Below, piece by piece: positions 13,966-27,270 of a stretch of 64,000 nt of DNA. Under the pieces are notes generated by a model. The model was given only the letters and a program-made list of their open reading frames with translations, ran no database searches and was not told the origin of the DNA. Made by a program: the position numbers and the translations under genes. The first letter of the stretch is position 1. Every line of letters begins with the position of its first letter. The stretch is taken from positions 20,212,001-20,276,000 of the forward strand of contig NC_042997.1 of the NCBI RefSeq assembly GCF_006345805.1. Direction: 5' to 3'. This DNA is from Octopus sinensis. Taxonomy: Eukaryota.

Positions 13966-14750
13966 CTTGCATACATAAATATATATATTTATATATATAG
14001 ATATGTATGTACATCATATATAAATATATATATATATATAGACATATATATGCTATTAAATTTTATGCTTATCTAAATTATAGATTTCAGGTTGTACCTT
14101 GGCTATTAAACTGTCTGCTACAGGCAAATTGTTAAGGTTAACAGTATTCTTAAAATCTTAAACATTTATTTGTAATCGTTAGAGATAAAAGCACTTATTT
14201 TAAGTATTTATTGATTAAATTGTTGTTGCAGTTTGGCAAGATAAACATTGATTAACTATTTGGAAGATAGCCAAACAAATAAATAATCCTTTATGTATAT
14301 AATTTTACTTCAGTACTATCACTCTATCTCCCATTGCTTTGCACATTTTATTTTATTTCATTTTAAAATCTGTAATCTAGGATAGCAGTCACAGATTTAT
14401 TGATGTATCATTAAATACAATTTGTCTGTTTGACTTTTTATTATTTTTTTCCCCATGTTTTAATTTAAATGTTTATTACTATTGGTCATAATTAATAAAA
14501 TACCAGTCAATATCACTTTAGTCATTGTTTAATCCACCCACTCTTGGGTCAACCTTCACTAAACAAACCTATAAGATCAAAGGCATACTAGCTGTGATCA
14601 TCCTGCATTTTATTTAGATATAGTGTATCTAGGATTGCTTTCTTTAATGTTTCCTTCCTCCAGCTGCTATTTCAGATGTTTTGGAAACTTTTATACACAG
14701 CAGTAGATTATGTATTGTATATAATTATGAATTTAAATTTTATTATTCTT

Positions 14751-14972
14751 ATTTCTTTACTGCCCACAAGGGGCTACACACAGATGGGACAAACAAGGAC
14801 AGACAAACGAATTAAGCCGATTATCTCGACCCCAGTGCGTAAATGGTACTTATTTAATCGACCCTGAAAGGATGAAAGACAAAGTCGACCTAGGCGGAAT
14901 TTGAACTCAAAACGTAGCGGCAGACAAAATACCGGTACGCATTTTGCCCGGCGTGCAAACGTTTCTGCCACA
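14751..14972 (-). mobile_element. SINE family B copy
   Basis: Reverse complement of the 9307-9537 family. Confidence 0.85.
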
Positions 14973-16369
14973 CCATATCATTATTGAAATATATTCTGCA
15001 TTTTAATTGTTAATTGTGAGTTTGGCACAACTATTGAAGTATCATTGAGAAATGTCCAGGAAGATTAGAAACTCCAAGTTTCCTAATTTTCAACCAAATC
15101 AGTATCTACAAATAAGTCCCCTCATTTTTCTACCTAACAGTATTTATTAAGGGCAGTCAATCATCATAAATTGTCATTTTATGTTCATGTTTCATGCTGG
15201 CATGGGTTGTGGGCAAAACACTTTATGATATTTGGTTTCTTTATGGCAGTGAGCAGACAAGGTCGTTAGCTCACCTGGCAAAATGCTTAGCAGTATTTCA
15301 TGTATTAACATTTTGAATTCAAATTCTGCAGAGGTTGATTTTTGCCTTTCATCCTTTCAGGGTTGATAAAATAAATACCAGTAGAACACTGGGGCCAATT
15401 TAATCAACTTAGCTCCTCCCCCAAAATTGCTGGCCTTGTGCCAACATTTTTAACTAATATGTTGTGACACACCTTTACATTTAGTTAAGCTCCTTTATGT
15501 ATTAAACATAAGTAAATATACATCTTAATCTAATCTTAAATATATATGATGTCAAAGAAAAACTGTGATGGCCATATCAGCGATATTAATCAAATGTGTT
15601 GTTGTATTTTCCTAAAAGACTGTTAAGACTGACTAAGAGGATTTTCATAAGCTTCTCTGAGCACAAGATAGGATTTTCTTCCCTCTGAGTGGTGATTTGC
15701 AGAGCTTTTAAAACACTGCACTTTTTATGTTTTTATCAGCACAAATACAGTAGCATTGAGTGTTGATTTCTAACATAAGTAAAAGGTTTCAAATTTTGTA
15801 GAAGAAATCAGTTGAATTAAACTTTGATAGCACTTCACTGATATATTATTTTATCAACACCAGAAGGATGAAAGACAAAACTGACGCAAGCAGGAATAAG
15901 TAAGAAGATGAAAGATGTGGGTTGAGGTTATATAGCTAACTATTCATCTGCCACAAGACTGATTAAAGCTGGCCCAAGGTTTCATAAGAAAAGAAAAAAA
16001 CAAGGTGGCACATTTTCCACACAATTTTCTAATGAGGTCACTATGTGAGTGCTGTACATACCTTTGACACCATATGTTGGTGTTTATTTTTGATGTTATT
16101 AAAAAAAATGTATCCATAATATAGTTTACTACTTGTTGGAAAAGGCTTCTGTTGAATTTCCTTTTCGTTTTTGGATTTGCTGATGGAAGGAGCAGTGTCC
16201 ATGAACTTTGTAGGCTCTCTGAGACTGATAATATTGATGCTGTTAATGTTCCATATAAACTGTTGCATGTTGATAACTGTAGGAAGGACTAGAATTGGAT
16301 GGAGATTTCAGAAGTCTAATCTTCTGGATCCAGGCAGAGATTGTTATAGTTTCACTGTTATAGTTTATA

Positions 16370-16542
16370 GGCAAAGGAGTGGCTGTGTGGTAAGTAGCTT
16401 GCTTTCAAACCACATGGTTCCAGGTTCAGTCCCACTGCATGGCACCTTGGGCAAGTGTCTTCTACTATAGCCTCGGGCCGACCAAAGCTTTGTGAATGGA
16501 TTTGGTAGAGGGAAACTGAAAGAAGCCTGTCGTATATATATG

Positions 16543-16618
<76 letters not shown>

Positions 16619-16832
16619 GTATGTGTGTGTATATGTTTGTTCCCACCAACATTACTTGACAACCGATGCTGGTGTGTTTACGTCCCCGTAACTTAGCGGT
16701 TTGGCAAAAGAGACCGATAGAATAAGTACTAGGCTTACAAAGAATAAGTTCTGGGGTCGATTTGCTTGACTAAAGGCGGTGCTCCAGCATGGTCACAGTT
16801 ACATGACTGAAACAAGTAAAAGTGTAAAAGAG
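16370..16832 (+). mobile_element. SINE family A copy
   Basis: Colinear with 9922-10336, with expanded internal (TA)n. Confidence 0.9.
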
Positions 16833-16854
16833 CAAAAGTTAGATTTTGAGATTA

Positions 16855-17120
16855 GAAAATGTTTAAGAGTGTCTAGGGCATCATCTGTGAGTTGATCTGC
16901 TCTGCGAGTTGCGGATGAAAGATGATACAGGGAGGTGAGTAGGGTAAAATACTCAACTGCTGCACCAACACCATTAATGAGTGTTAGAGACATGCAGATG
17001 TGTAAGAATTGAAATTATTGAGTATGATGACTTTGGGAAATGTATTTTCTCAATGCAAGAGAGAATATGGTCCTAGAGTTGCTGGTAGTTTGAGGAAGTC
17101 AGAGTGCAATAGATGGAGGA
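16855..17120 (-). pseudogene. CR1/L2-type LINE APE endonuclease fragment
   Basis: PKVIILNNFNSY (like IILGDFN) followed by GAAVEYFTLLTSL...TRRADQLTD..LDTL (like PTR.PD...TLDL). Confidence 0.5.
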
Positions 17121-17235
17121 GAATTATTTAGAATAATAAGGAAGAACTTTAAGCTAGAGTAATCTAAATCCAATCAAAAGGGGTAATAAGAAGAGTGGAG
17201 TTTATGTATGTGTAGATACCCCTTTAGAATGAAGT

Positions 17236-17476
17236 CTAGTTAGCAGATAGAACGGATTTTATATAACAGCTGATGTATTTGTGCATACAAATGCACGTTC
17301 CCACGGCTTTATCAATTGCATTCTCACCTGGAATCGATTTTTGTAATTTTTTCAAAACTCATACACGCCCTGATAACGTCGGTATCTACATATCAAATTT
17401 GAGCGCAATCGGATGGAGGATGCCCGAGATCCTAGAAGACACACACACAGACAGAATGGATTATATATATAATAGA
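17236..17476 (-). mobile_element. Helitron-like non-autonomous element
   Basis: Minus 5' TCTATTATATATATAATCC followed by CTGTCTGTGTG; ends ...CTGCTAACTAG; 3' hairpin is degenerate. Confidence 0.5.
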
Positions 17477-18702
17477 TATATATATATGTGTGTGTGTGTG
17501 CGTGTACCTCATATACTGATATATACATATGTATGTATTTATGTATTGATGATTATTGATGATCTTTTCTCTTAATTCTTCTGAATTCTGTACTAATGTA
17601 TATTAAGTGTCCTATATTTAATGACATATTATATTATGTATGTGTGTGTGTGTTTGTGTGTCTATGTGTGTCTGTGTCTGTGCATCTGTGTGTCTGCATT
17701 TGTATGTTTATATAAAATCTTTAGTATTGAAATATCATGAGACTGTTTGAAATTATGTATTATCCTGGCACATTATCAAATCTATAAATAATAAATTATC
17801 CAACAGCCTATGAGTCTGAAAAACTGGCTTTCTAGTAAATTGGTCTGAATTAAATTTTAGGTGTTGTTTGAATATTTCTTTCTTCACCCTTTTTCTCTCT
17901 CCATATACAAGAATGAAAGTACATATATGAATGAACATTGAGTGTGTTTATGTTCTGACTTTCTCTTAGTAATCAGAAAGTGAAAATGAATTCTCAGCTA
18001 AAGTGAAAATAAATTGCATGTAGATGGACATAATACAATACCAATTATAACCTGTTTCATAATTAAAATTTGATTAATATGTGTTGAATAATGTGCAGAT
18101 TCTAGCCTTGTTGGTTTATATAGTGGAAAGAAATTGATGGGGTTTTTTTTCATTAATTCCGAGTTACATTTAGTACTTTGCTATAGCAATATTTTGTGAG
18201 TTAAACTTCAGTACCAAATCTGTAACTTTGGTACCTCGACTCCAGAATTTTTAACCAATCATATTTTGAGTCAAAGACTATTGAAAAGGTTGCAAGACGC
18301 AATGAAAAGTTTAGGAAAATAAAAATAAGAAATAAGTGGAAATTTTACCAGTGAGTGTGTTAAATTATAAGGCACAAAAAGAAAATGACTCTCCACAGAC
18401 ACAACAGAATATTGAGAGAATTTTCCACTTCTCTGAAATATGATACAGAGAATGTTCAATGTTGTTTAAGCAGACCATTTTGGGCATGTATATCTTTCTT
18501 ATCTGCTTCTTTTGCCTATATAAGTACACAACTAACATCTCAACATGCTTCAATTTACACAATACTACTCTTCATTAGTATCAAAAGTGGTGGATTGGCA
18601 GAATTATTAGAGCATCTGAAAAATACACTTAAAGTGTTTAGTTAAGATCCTTTATATAAGATCAAATCCTGCTGAAACCAGCTTTGCTTTTCATCCTTCT
18701 CA

Positions 18703-19829
18703 TAATCATCATCGTCGTCGTCGTTTAACGTCTGTTTTCCATGCTGGCATGGGTTGGGCGGTTTGACTGAGAGCTGACAAGCCAGACGGCTGCACCAGAC
18801 TTCAATCCGATCTGGCAAAGTTTCTGCAGCTGGATGCTCTTCCTAATGCCAACCACTCTGAGAGTGTAGTGGGTACTTTTTATGTGTCACCAGCATGAGG
18901 GCCAGCCAGGTGGTACTGGCATCAACCACACTTGAATGGTGCTTTTTATGTGCCACCAGCACAGGAGCCAGTTAGGCAGCACTGGCAATGACCACTCTCG
19001 AATGGTGCTTTTTACATACCACCAGCACAGGAACATCAGCCAGCACTAGCATCGGCCAAGCTCAAATGGTGCTTTTTACATACCACCAGCACAGGAACAT
19101 CAGCCAGCACTAGCATCGGCCAAGCTCAAATGGTGCTTTTTACATGCCACCAGCACGGGACCAGTCACACAGCACTGGCATCAAGCACATTCAAATGGTG
19201 CTTTTTATGTGCCACTGGCACGGGTACTAATAAGGCGGTACTCTCATCAACCATGGCAATGATTTCACTTGCCTCAACAGGTCTTTGCAAACAGCTTATT
19301 GCTCAATGATTAAAGGGTACTCTTAAATGGGCTGGTTATGCTGCACTGGCATAGACCACCGTTATGGTCTCACATGGCTTGCCAGGCCTTCTCAAGCACA
19401 GCATATCTCCAAAGGTCTCAGTCACTTGTCATCGCCTCGATGAGGCCCAACATTCGAAAGTTGTGCTTCACCACCTCATCTTAGGTCTGTCTGGGTCTAC
19501 GCCTTCTGCAGATTCCCTCTGCTGCTAAGGTGTGACACTTCTTCACACAACTGTCCTCATCCATATGCAACACGCGACCATACCAGCACAGTCATCTCTC
19601 TTGTACACCACATCTGATGCTTCTTATGTCCAACTCTTCTCTCAGGGCGCTTACACTGTTGTGTATGCACACTGAAATTACACATCCAGCGGAGCATACT
19701 AGTTTCCTTCTTTGCAAGCTTATGCATGTCCTCAGCAGTCACAGCCCATGTTTCCCTGCCATGTAGCATGGCTGTTTGCATACATGCCTCATACAGTCTA
19801 CCTTTTACTCTGAGCGAGAGGTAGGAGTT
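18703..19829 (-). mobile_element. 5'-truncated RTE-clade LINE (RT C-terminus, tandem-repeat 3' UTR, (GAT/GAC)n tail)
   Basis: LPLSLRVKGRLYEACMQTAMLHGRETWAVTAEDMHKLAKKETSMLRWMC matches the RTE 'lyGsEtW' region; tail at ~18705-18725. Confidence 0.9.
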
Positions 19830-19910
19830 AATAAAATAAAGTACTAGTCAGCCCAGCTTACAACTTATTTAATATTTATTACTTTAATATTTATTATCTC
19901 ATGTATCTGT

Positions 19911-20225
19911 GGAGGCAAAATGGCCCAGTGGTTAGGGCAACGGACTCGCGGTTGGAGGATCGCAGTTTTGATTCCCAGACTGGGCGTTGTGTGTGTTTAT
20001 TTAGCGAAAACACCTAAAGCTGCACGAGGCTCCGGCAGCGGGTGGTGGTGACCCCTGTTGTACTCTTTCGCCCCAACTTTCTCTCACTCTTTCTTCCTGT
20101 TTCTTGAGTAATGCTGCAATGGACTGGCATCCCCTCAAGCTGGGGGGGAACACATATGCCACAGAAACTGGGAAACCGGGCCCATGAGCCTGGCTAGGCT
20201 TGAAAAGGGCACATAAATAAAAAAA
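19911..20225 (+). mobile_element. tRNA-derived SINE family E
   Basis: A-box TGGCCCAGTGGTTAGG, B-box GTTTTGATTCCC, A-rich tail; 11-bp TSD TCTCATGTATC (19897-19907 / 20227-20237). Confidence 0.85.
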
Positions 20226-20711
20226 TTCTCATGTATCAGTTCCAGTAACATGAGGTTAGACCATTCTTTCAATAATTCTGTATAATGAACAAACATTTAT
20301 CTTCTGTAATGATGACATGCATATGCTCCAGCAGATTTTCATTTCAGATTTCACCTCACTGTTCACTGTTAAATGACGATTTATTATCACTTGGCAGATA
20401 CCACCATTGATCAGTAACAGTTTGTTAACTGAAATTATAAACAAAGCTAACAGTTCTTATTTAGACTGATCCAAGTGCTACTGGCTGATTTGACACAACA
20501 GAAGATATTGAAATACTGATGTCCCAAAATTCCTTGTACCACCAATGAGTCAAATGTGTGTGTGTTATGAACCCATCGTTATCATAAAAAGGAAAAGTTG
20601 TTCTCAACAGCGATTAGTATACTTGTATTCAAATCTGCTGGAACATATTAAGAATATCCAAATCATTTCAGATCTTGCTGTTCAAAGTGCAAATAACAGT
20701 TGATCATTTAC

Positions 20712-20796
20712 CTTCTGTGTCTGTTCACATTTCAAATTGTAAGCTCTATTTATCGGAAATAAATAGTAATTATCCAATATTAGATAATAGATTCTC
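20712..20796 (-). CDS. Putative exon (RIYYLILDNYYLFPINRAYNLKCEQTQK)
   Basis: Acceptor ttttcttcag|, donor GAAG|gtaaat, open frame; conflicts with an overlapping plus-strand candidate. Confidence 0.2.
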
Positions 20797-22704
20797 CTGA
20801 AGAAAATTCTTTTCATTCTCATAATAGAAACTTTTTAATGTAAATTTTGTTAGTACATAGATACTGGTTTTTAACTGAGCTTTTCCAAGATTGAAATAGA
20901 GCTAAATTTCTTTGGTTTATTGGTTAAAATTGTATAAATTGGTTAAAATTGTTTTAGAAATGTCAAAATGTATTGCTTTACAGACATCTCATACAAATAT
21001 AATGGGAAATTACTATTACAGTTTATACAATACGTACCAGATATTCATGTTTCAAGTAGATACATATCAGTTACTGCTTGCGGTCATTCAATTAACAATG
21101 AATATATTTCATCAGGTTGAAAGATTACTGAATTATTTTAATTAAGCTGAAATAAAACAGGAAACCTTTCAAGCAGATTTGCTAAAAATAATTTCCTTCT
21201 TTCCGTGATTTTTTCCTCTTTTAACTGTGAAAGACTAACATTTTCAGATTGGTTTATGAAGAGGAAGCACAGCTACATTCCTTCAAGCTTTCATTGAATA
21301 AAAGCAACAGTAAAATGTTTATGCCAGTCTGGTATCCTTCCTTTCCACTACTTTCTAAAAATAATATTATCAAATAAACAACCAATTCTTTCATACAGAA
21401 AATTTAGTTAAAGATTACAGCTTTTTTCCATTTTTATATTTCCCAATTGGGGAACAATGGCTACAGGTTTTGAATGGGTAAACCCATTGTTTCACTGTAT
21501 TTCTGATATTATAAGTGAATTGGTTCTGAAGAAATAACACAAAGGGCTTCATTTGCATTTTTTCTGTTTTCTTGCTGAGATTTAGATTTCTCTTTCACTC
21601 TATCCCATCCTTTCTCTCCTCCCACACACGACGGGTTTCCATACAGTTTCAGTCTACCAAATTCTCTTTACAACATGTGGTTAGAATAGAAGACTCTTGC
21701 TTATGATACTATTCAGTGGGGTTAAGTCTGGAACCACATAATTGAGTAGCAAATTTCTTCACTACACATCCGAGCATCCACTCATCTTTCAAATGTCGCT
21801 TATATCAATTCTAAAAGATCTGCTGAATTAGTCTGAAGCAGTTACAAGCATCAGTAGTGTGGTAGAGGTTTAAGTTGATTACTATTAAATAAGATGATGA
21901 TTAAATAAATTATGAGATGAAGTGGCACAATGCAAAAAGTGGTGGTAAGTTCTCATAAAACCATGTCTGCTGACACAGCTTTGATTCATGATTGGGACAT
22001 TTCCCTTCATTTTTCTGTTTGTTGTTACAATCTGGATGAGTGGTTGGCATTAGGAAGGGCATCCAGCTGTAGAAACACTGCCAAATCAGACTGGAGCCTG
22101 GCGCAGCCTCCATGGCTTCCCAGACCCCGGTCGAACTGTCCAACCCATGCTAGCATGGAAAACGGACGTTAAATGATGATGATGATGAGGAGGAGTAGGA
22201 ATTCCAAGAGTTACCAATTGGGAAGAAAATAGACTCTACTATGTTGACTAGCCCTCAATAACTCCGTGTGAATATGATGCTTGTAGAGATAATTTAGTGA
22301 TCTATAGATATTTATAAAATTCTTTCTCTTCTATGTCATTCACCGGAACTTATATTTACATATTTGATGCAGACTATGGTGTGTTAACATTGTTTTGTTT
22401 CAACACTATAACATATTACTGAATATATCTATAAGTTTCAGTCAATAGTTTCTGCTTAGATAGATATAAATGACTTGTCTTTATATACAAAAACTTCATG
22501 GACATAAAAATTTGAACTGAATGAGTTTCAATCCCCTGTTGGGAATTCATCAGAAACTACATGCTCTCTTTAACTGATGACAGAGACAATGATTGTAAGC
22601 TCTCTATTTCCCTGTGTGGTACAATTTTTCTCCTTAGGTAGCAACTGTTTTTTCCTATTTGCTTATGCTTAGAAAGTATGAAAAATGACTATTTCCTTCA
22701 AACT

Positions 22705-22885
22705 TTGCTTTTGTAACATTTATTCAAACCCCAAAGAATCCCTCTCAACACCTGGCTATGATGCTCCCCAACAACCCCTGCTCATGATCAAAGATGCACA
22801 TATTGTCAGCCACAAAGGAATATGCTCGAGAAGTTATGGTCAAGCAACTAACCAGTAAATTTGTGGTATAGAGCAGAATATTTGC
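22705..22885 (-). mobile_element. Fragment of the retroposon family also at 60630-61210
   Basis: CAAACCCCAAAGAATCCCTCTC...GCAGAATATTTGC shared with 60950-61110. Confidence 0.7.
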
Positions 22886-22889
22886 CATC

Positions 22890-23540
22890 AATCACACAAT
22901 ACCACTATTTATCGGTAAAAGTCGATGAGTATTCAAGTTACCCATTCACATACCCATGCAAAGACGTAAGTACCAAAACAGTTATTTCCCCCTGCTCAAC
23001 CTCTTTTCCTTGTTTGGGTCACCAAGTTGTATCCACTCTGACAGAAGAACCCAATTTGATAATAAGAAGCTTCAGAACTTCCTTCATGTTAATGAGACAA
23101 TAAAGACTGAAACATACCCCTATTGACTTCAAGTCGGGGGTCAATGTAAAAGGAACAACGGTACCTTCATGAAGACCATAAATCTAGCACTTAGTTCATT
23201 ACAACTAGATGAAAGACAATGGTTGACAGTCCTTCCCATGGCGCTATCAGCCATGAGAGGAATCCTCTGCACAGCTACCAACACAATCCCTCATGAGCGA
23301 ATGTTTAAATTTTCAAGCTCATCGACTGTGGGAACCATTCTACATGCATTCCTCCAGAATGTCCGAAGCACAATACTGTATCGTCGACATCTCAGAAATA
23401 AGGTGGATCCACTTGTAGAAAACGTTAAATTATTGGAGATGATTTCTTCCCACTTTGCATGTGTACCATTTGGAAATGGATGAATAGATATGGTGTCAAC
23501 ACACAATCACACAATCTCATTCCAGCAGGTCAATCTTTCA
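22890..23540 (+). pseudogene. Ty3/Gypsy LTR-retrotransposon integrase remnant
   Basis: VDEYSSYPFTYPCKDVSTKTVI, GSPSCIHSDRRTQF, GQCKRNNGTFMKTINLAL, WLTVLPMALSAMRGILCTATNTIPHERMF, DPLVENVKLLE; stops and frameshifts; catalytic E appears changed to K. Confidence 0.9.
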
Positions 23541-23632
23541 ACCAAGGAAGCAAAGATAACACACAAATACAACTGGGGCTAACTACACAAACAGAGTTCG
23601 ATACAGAACAGCAAAAGCCACAAATGATAAAG

Positions 23633-23954
23633 GAGCACTCCATTGGCTAAGATGATGAGGGTCCCAGCTGATACGATCAATGGAACAGCTTGCATGTGAA
23701 ATTAATGTGCTAGTGGCTGAGCATTCCACAGACATGTGTACCCCTAATGTATTTTCCAGGGAGATTCAGTATGACACAGAGTGTGACAAGGTTGGCCCTT
23801 TGAAATACAGGTACTACTCATTTTTGCCACCTGAGTGGACTGGAGCAAGGTGAAATAAAGTGTCTTGCTCAAGGACACAATGCATTGCCATGAATTGAAC
23901 TCACAACCTTATGATAGGGAGCCCAATGCTCTAACCACTAAGCCATGCACCTTC
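23633..23954 (-). mobile_element. tRNA-derived CORE-like SINE (family D)
   Basis: Minus head GGTGCATGGCTTTAGTGGTTAGAGC, B-box GAGTTCAATTC, CTTGAGCAAGACACTT core; 3' part differs from family C. Confidence 0.8.
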
Positions 23955-25207
23955 ACAAATAATAAACCAACAAGGAATCGACCTTGACAGTGTACACCAA
24001 TAGAAGCAATGTATCAACAAAGAAATGGAGCTCACAGTCCAGCATCTGAAAATATGAGCAGATTAGCAACTGGCTAAAATGAGAAAACTGAGATCAGGAC
24101 GAATCATTAAGACCCCTTTTTATCTAAAAAAATATATGCTTTGAATGTACCATGACTAACTTTTGTTTTTAAGTTTGTAGTTTATAGTGCATCATTATGT
24201 TTGAACTTTTCTTTATGAACTTTGAGTCCAGGTGTTCTATTGCTGCCTCAAAGGTTTTGGATTCTTCAACGATGGGGTAGGTCAGCTTTACAGAGCACTA
24301 AGAGTACCTCCAGTTTAGATACACCTGGGGCTTTTGCTTTTGCTATGTAGATGTGTACCATCCCTTTCTAGTAAATATGATCTTATTCAGTTGGGTCATC
24401 TGGTAGGGTCCTCTTGAACACTTTGGCATCCATTTAGAATGAAGTTTGAATAAAATTTGTCCTAAACAAGTTCAAAGAAGGCTTTTATTCAAACTTTATT
24501 TCTGTTTGCCATCTAATCCATTAATCCCTGCTGTCCAATGATTAAGGTGCGTTATTTTATATTAAGTAAAGACAGCATCCATCTATCAACATCATTTGAC
24601 ACTCTGCTGCATTTTTGTACTCAATACAAAATAAGATATCTATATTTTTATGTATTATTTACTATTGTAGAAAGGAATTAATGATAGGATATTATAATTC
24701 ATAACACTTAGTTTGCAAAATCTATCACTTACTTCAATCAACTACATTTGAGCATCTAAAAGAATCCATTTTCTGTAAACTTTCCAAGGTTGTTTACCTG
24801 TACTTTTTCTCTTCATCAAATCTGTCTTCTCTATTAGCCTACCTGTATTCCAATTGCGTGACTTGTTGATCCATTATTTACACTGAACGCACTGCATAGA
24901 ATTCTTACCTACTCTTTTTTGCATATCAAACTTGGCCACTTCCTTAATATTAGCATGATCCTGCTTCTTCTCTTGCTTAGTCTTTTCTAAGTTTAATCTA
25001 AAGTAATTTATTGTTGGGAAAAAGATGGGATGGTCGCAGCTGGAATACTTTTGATTGCAAGTCTGTTTCATCAGGGATGACATAGGTCTCAACAACAAAA
25101 ACAACAGTGATCCCATTAATTTATCTGTATATTAACTATAATTACTCAATATATATATATATATATATATATATGGAAGGCAGACATTAAATGATGTTGA
25201 TATATAT

Positions 25208-25242
<35 letters not shown>

Positions 25243-25307
25243 TATATCACCACGTTGATCGGTAGCCACTACACACATTTTTTCTCTCCTTGTTTCTTTC
25301 TGTGTTC

Positions 25308-25343
25308 CTTTCTGTGGAAGAGCGTAGGCTCGAAACGTAAAAG
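25308..25343 (+). ncRNA. Minimal type I hammerhead motif, core variant CUGUGGA
   Basis: CTTT CTGTGGA A GAGC gtag GCTC GAAAC GTA AAAG; 4-bp stems I and II, GUA triplet. Confidence 0.55.
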
Positions 25344-26574
25344 AATTTTTCAATTCCCGAGCGTTATACTAATACATCTGTTTGTTTTCTACACCACCTG
25401 TCTTCGTCATACATACACATATATGTGTATGTATGTATGGAAGGCAGACATTAAATGATGTTGATATATATATATGTGTGTGTGTGTATGTCATTGGATT
25501 AGCTATTCCTACAGTAAATAAAAACAAAATATATGACACATGTTGCCCAATAACAGTTCATAAACTTTAGACTTTGCGAAGCAAGAAAAAAAAAATTAAA
25601 GAAGACAATCAACAGAGAATGAAATCAAATACTAAATATTTTGTGAAACCAAATACCAGTTCTCTCATCCAATGTCATCTTGTTGCTCTGAGCAACACTT
25701 ATTTGGGAGAAGCATTTTAATTATCATTACAATCTTAATTATACCTTATAACAAATTTTCGTGCTTATATTTTAATGGAAACCATTTTCACTAAAGTCCA
25801 CTTTTATTTCTGAAGCCAAATAAAATAATTAAATTAGTTAATTGAGTAACAATTTTATTTTATAAATTTTTTTGTAGGAAGAGATTATTTATGATATAGT
25901 TCTACATTATATCATTTTCTGAAATAATAGCAAGTATTGATTTAGATATTTAATAAAAGTTATAATCTTCCATTCTGCATCTACCAATGATAAATTTGAA
26001 GAACATTGAACAGTGCTGAAAATATAGGACATATTGGCAATTTCCAAAATGCAGGTCAGTATTCAGACAATAGTGATGTTTATCTCAATGTTTCCAGACA
26101 CTTATGTATACAGGATGGAATAAAAGATCTATAATATTATTATAGTCAGTAGAAATCCAATACATCAGCTGATAACATGAAAGAAATTCAAAGAAATAAT
26201 TATAGTAAAAATAGAAATATGGTCAAAGGTTACACTATTGATGAGAGAATATTTGTAGGATGTATCCCCGACCTCAAAATGGGAAGAGCCAGACTGAATT
26301 TAAGGAAAATGTTGCATGCGTATAGAATATAGTAATCAATTTCTAATAATATATCTAAAGGGCTATAGTCTGGCAGAATCAGTAGAGCATGAGATAAAAG
26401 CTTTGCAGGTTTAACATATGCTACTTTTTATCTTCTGAGTTCAAATCTCACTGATTTCATCTTTGCTTTTTATCATTCCAGGATTAATAAATCAAAATAT
26501 CAGTCAAACTGGGGATGGTAAGGTCAACTGTACCCTCCCTCAAATTAATTTCCTGTACTTGTTAGAAATTGATA

Positions 26575-26723
26575 GCTGCATGATTAAGAAGCTCACTTTG
26601 TAACCAGGTGGCTTTAAGTTCAGTCCCACTGTTCAGCACTTTAAATAAGGAACCTTTTCTATAAGTCTGAGTTGATCAATGCCTTATGAGTAAATTTGGT
26701 TGATGGAAACTGTGTAGAAGCTT

Positions 26724-26765
<42 letters not shown>

Positions 26766-27270
26766 TGTGTGTGTTTTTTGTATCTGTGCTTGTTACTCTC
26801 TCACTGATTGATAACTGATTCTGGTTTATTTATTCTCAAAGCGCAAGTGAGACCATGACCTGTGGCCTATGCCAAGGGTGTAACCAGTCCACTTATGCAT
26901 GCCTCTCCTTCATTGGACAATAATCGCTGCTTGTGAAGACCTGTTGAGGCAATCAAAATCAAAATCAAACTCGGTGACTGGCATCTGTTGCTAGTGGAGC
27001 ACTAAGAGTACCATATGAGTGAGATCGTTGCCAGAACAACATGCTGGCCTCCGTGCTGATGGAATGTTAAAAACACCATTCGAGCATGATCGTTAGCTGC
27101 AATGCCTTGCTAGCACCTGTGCTGGTGGCACATGAAAAAACATTCGAGTGAGGTCGTTGTCGTTGCCAGTGCATAAAGAAACATAAATATTGGGGTTTAT
27201 TTGTCTGACTAAAACACTTCAAAGCAGCAAAGTCACAGGCAAATGACTGAAACAGATAAGTAAAATAAAG
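26575..27270 (+). mobile_element. Old SINE A copy interrupted by an RTE 3'-UTR fragment (~26836-27172), preceded by a diverged SINE B (26365-26570)
   Basis: SINE A head and tail flank sequence matching the reverse complement of 19200-19390. Confidence 0.65.

Noticed and set aside
18870-19260. CRISPR-like repeat-spacer array
   Set aside because: Eukaryotic context; units are whole tandem repeats inside a LINE 3' UTR without unique spacers.
3700-21330. Plus-strand exon candidates (e.g. 5174-5220, 10433-10502, 14665-14713, 20673-20738, 20983-21117, 21248-21332)
   Set aside because: Short open AG/GT-flanked frames arise by chance in AT-rich DNA; phases do not chain, one overlaps a minus candidate, and no peptide is recognisable.
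22511-22557. Minus-strand CTGATGA-ATTCCC-aaca-GGGGATT-GAAAC hammerhead-like motif
   Set aside because: Core and stem II are present, but no register gives both a valid NUH triplet and a paired stem I; at best a decayed relic.
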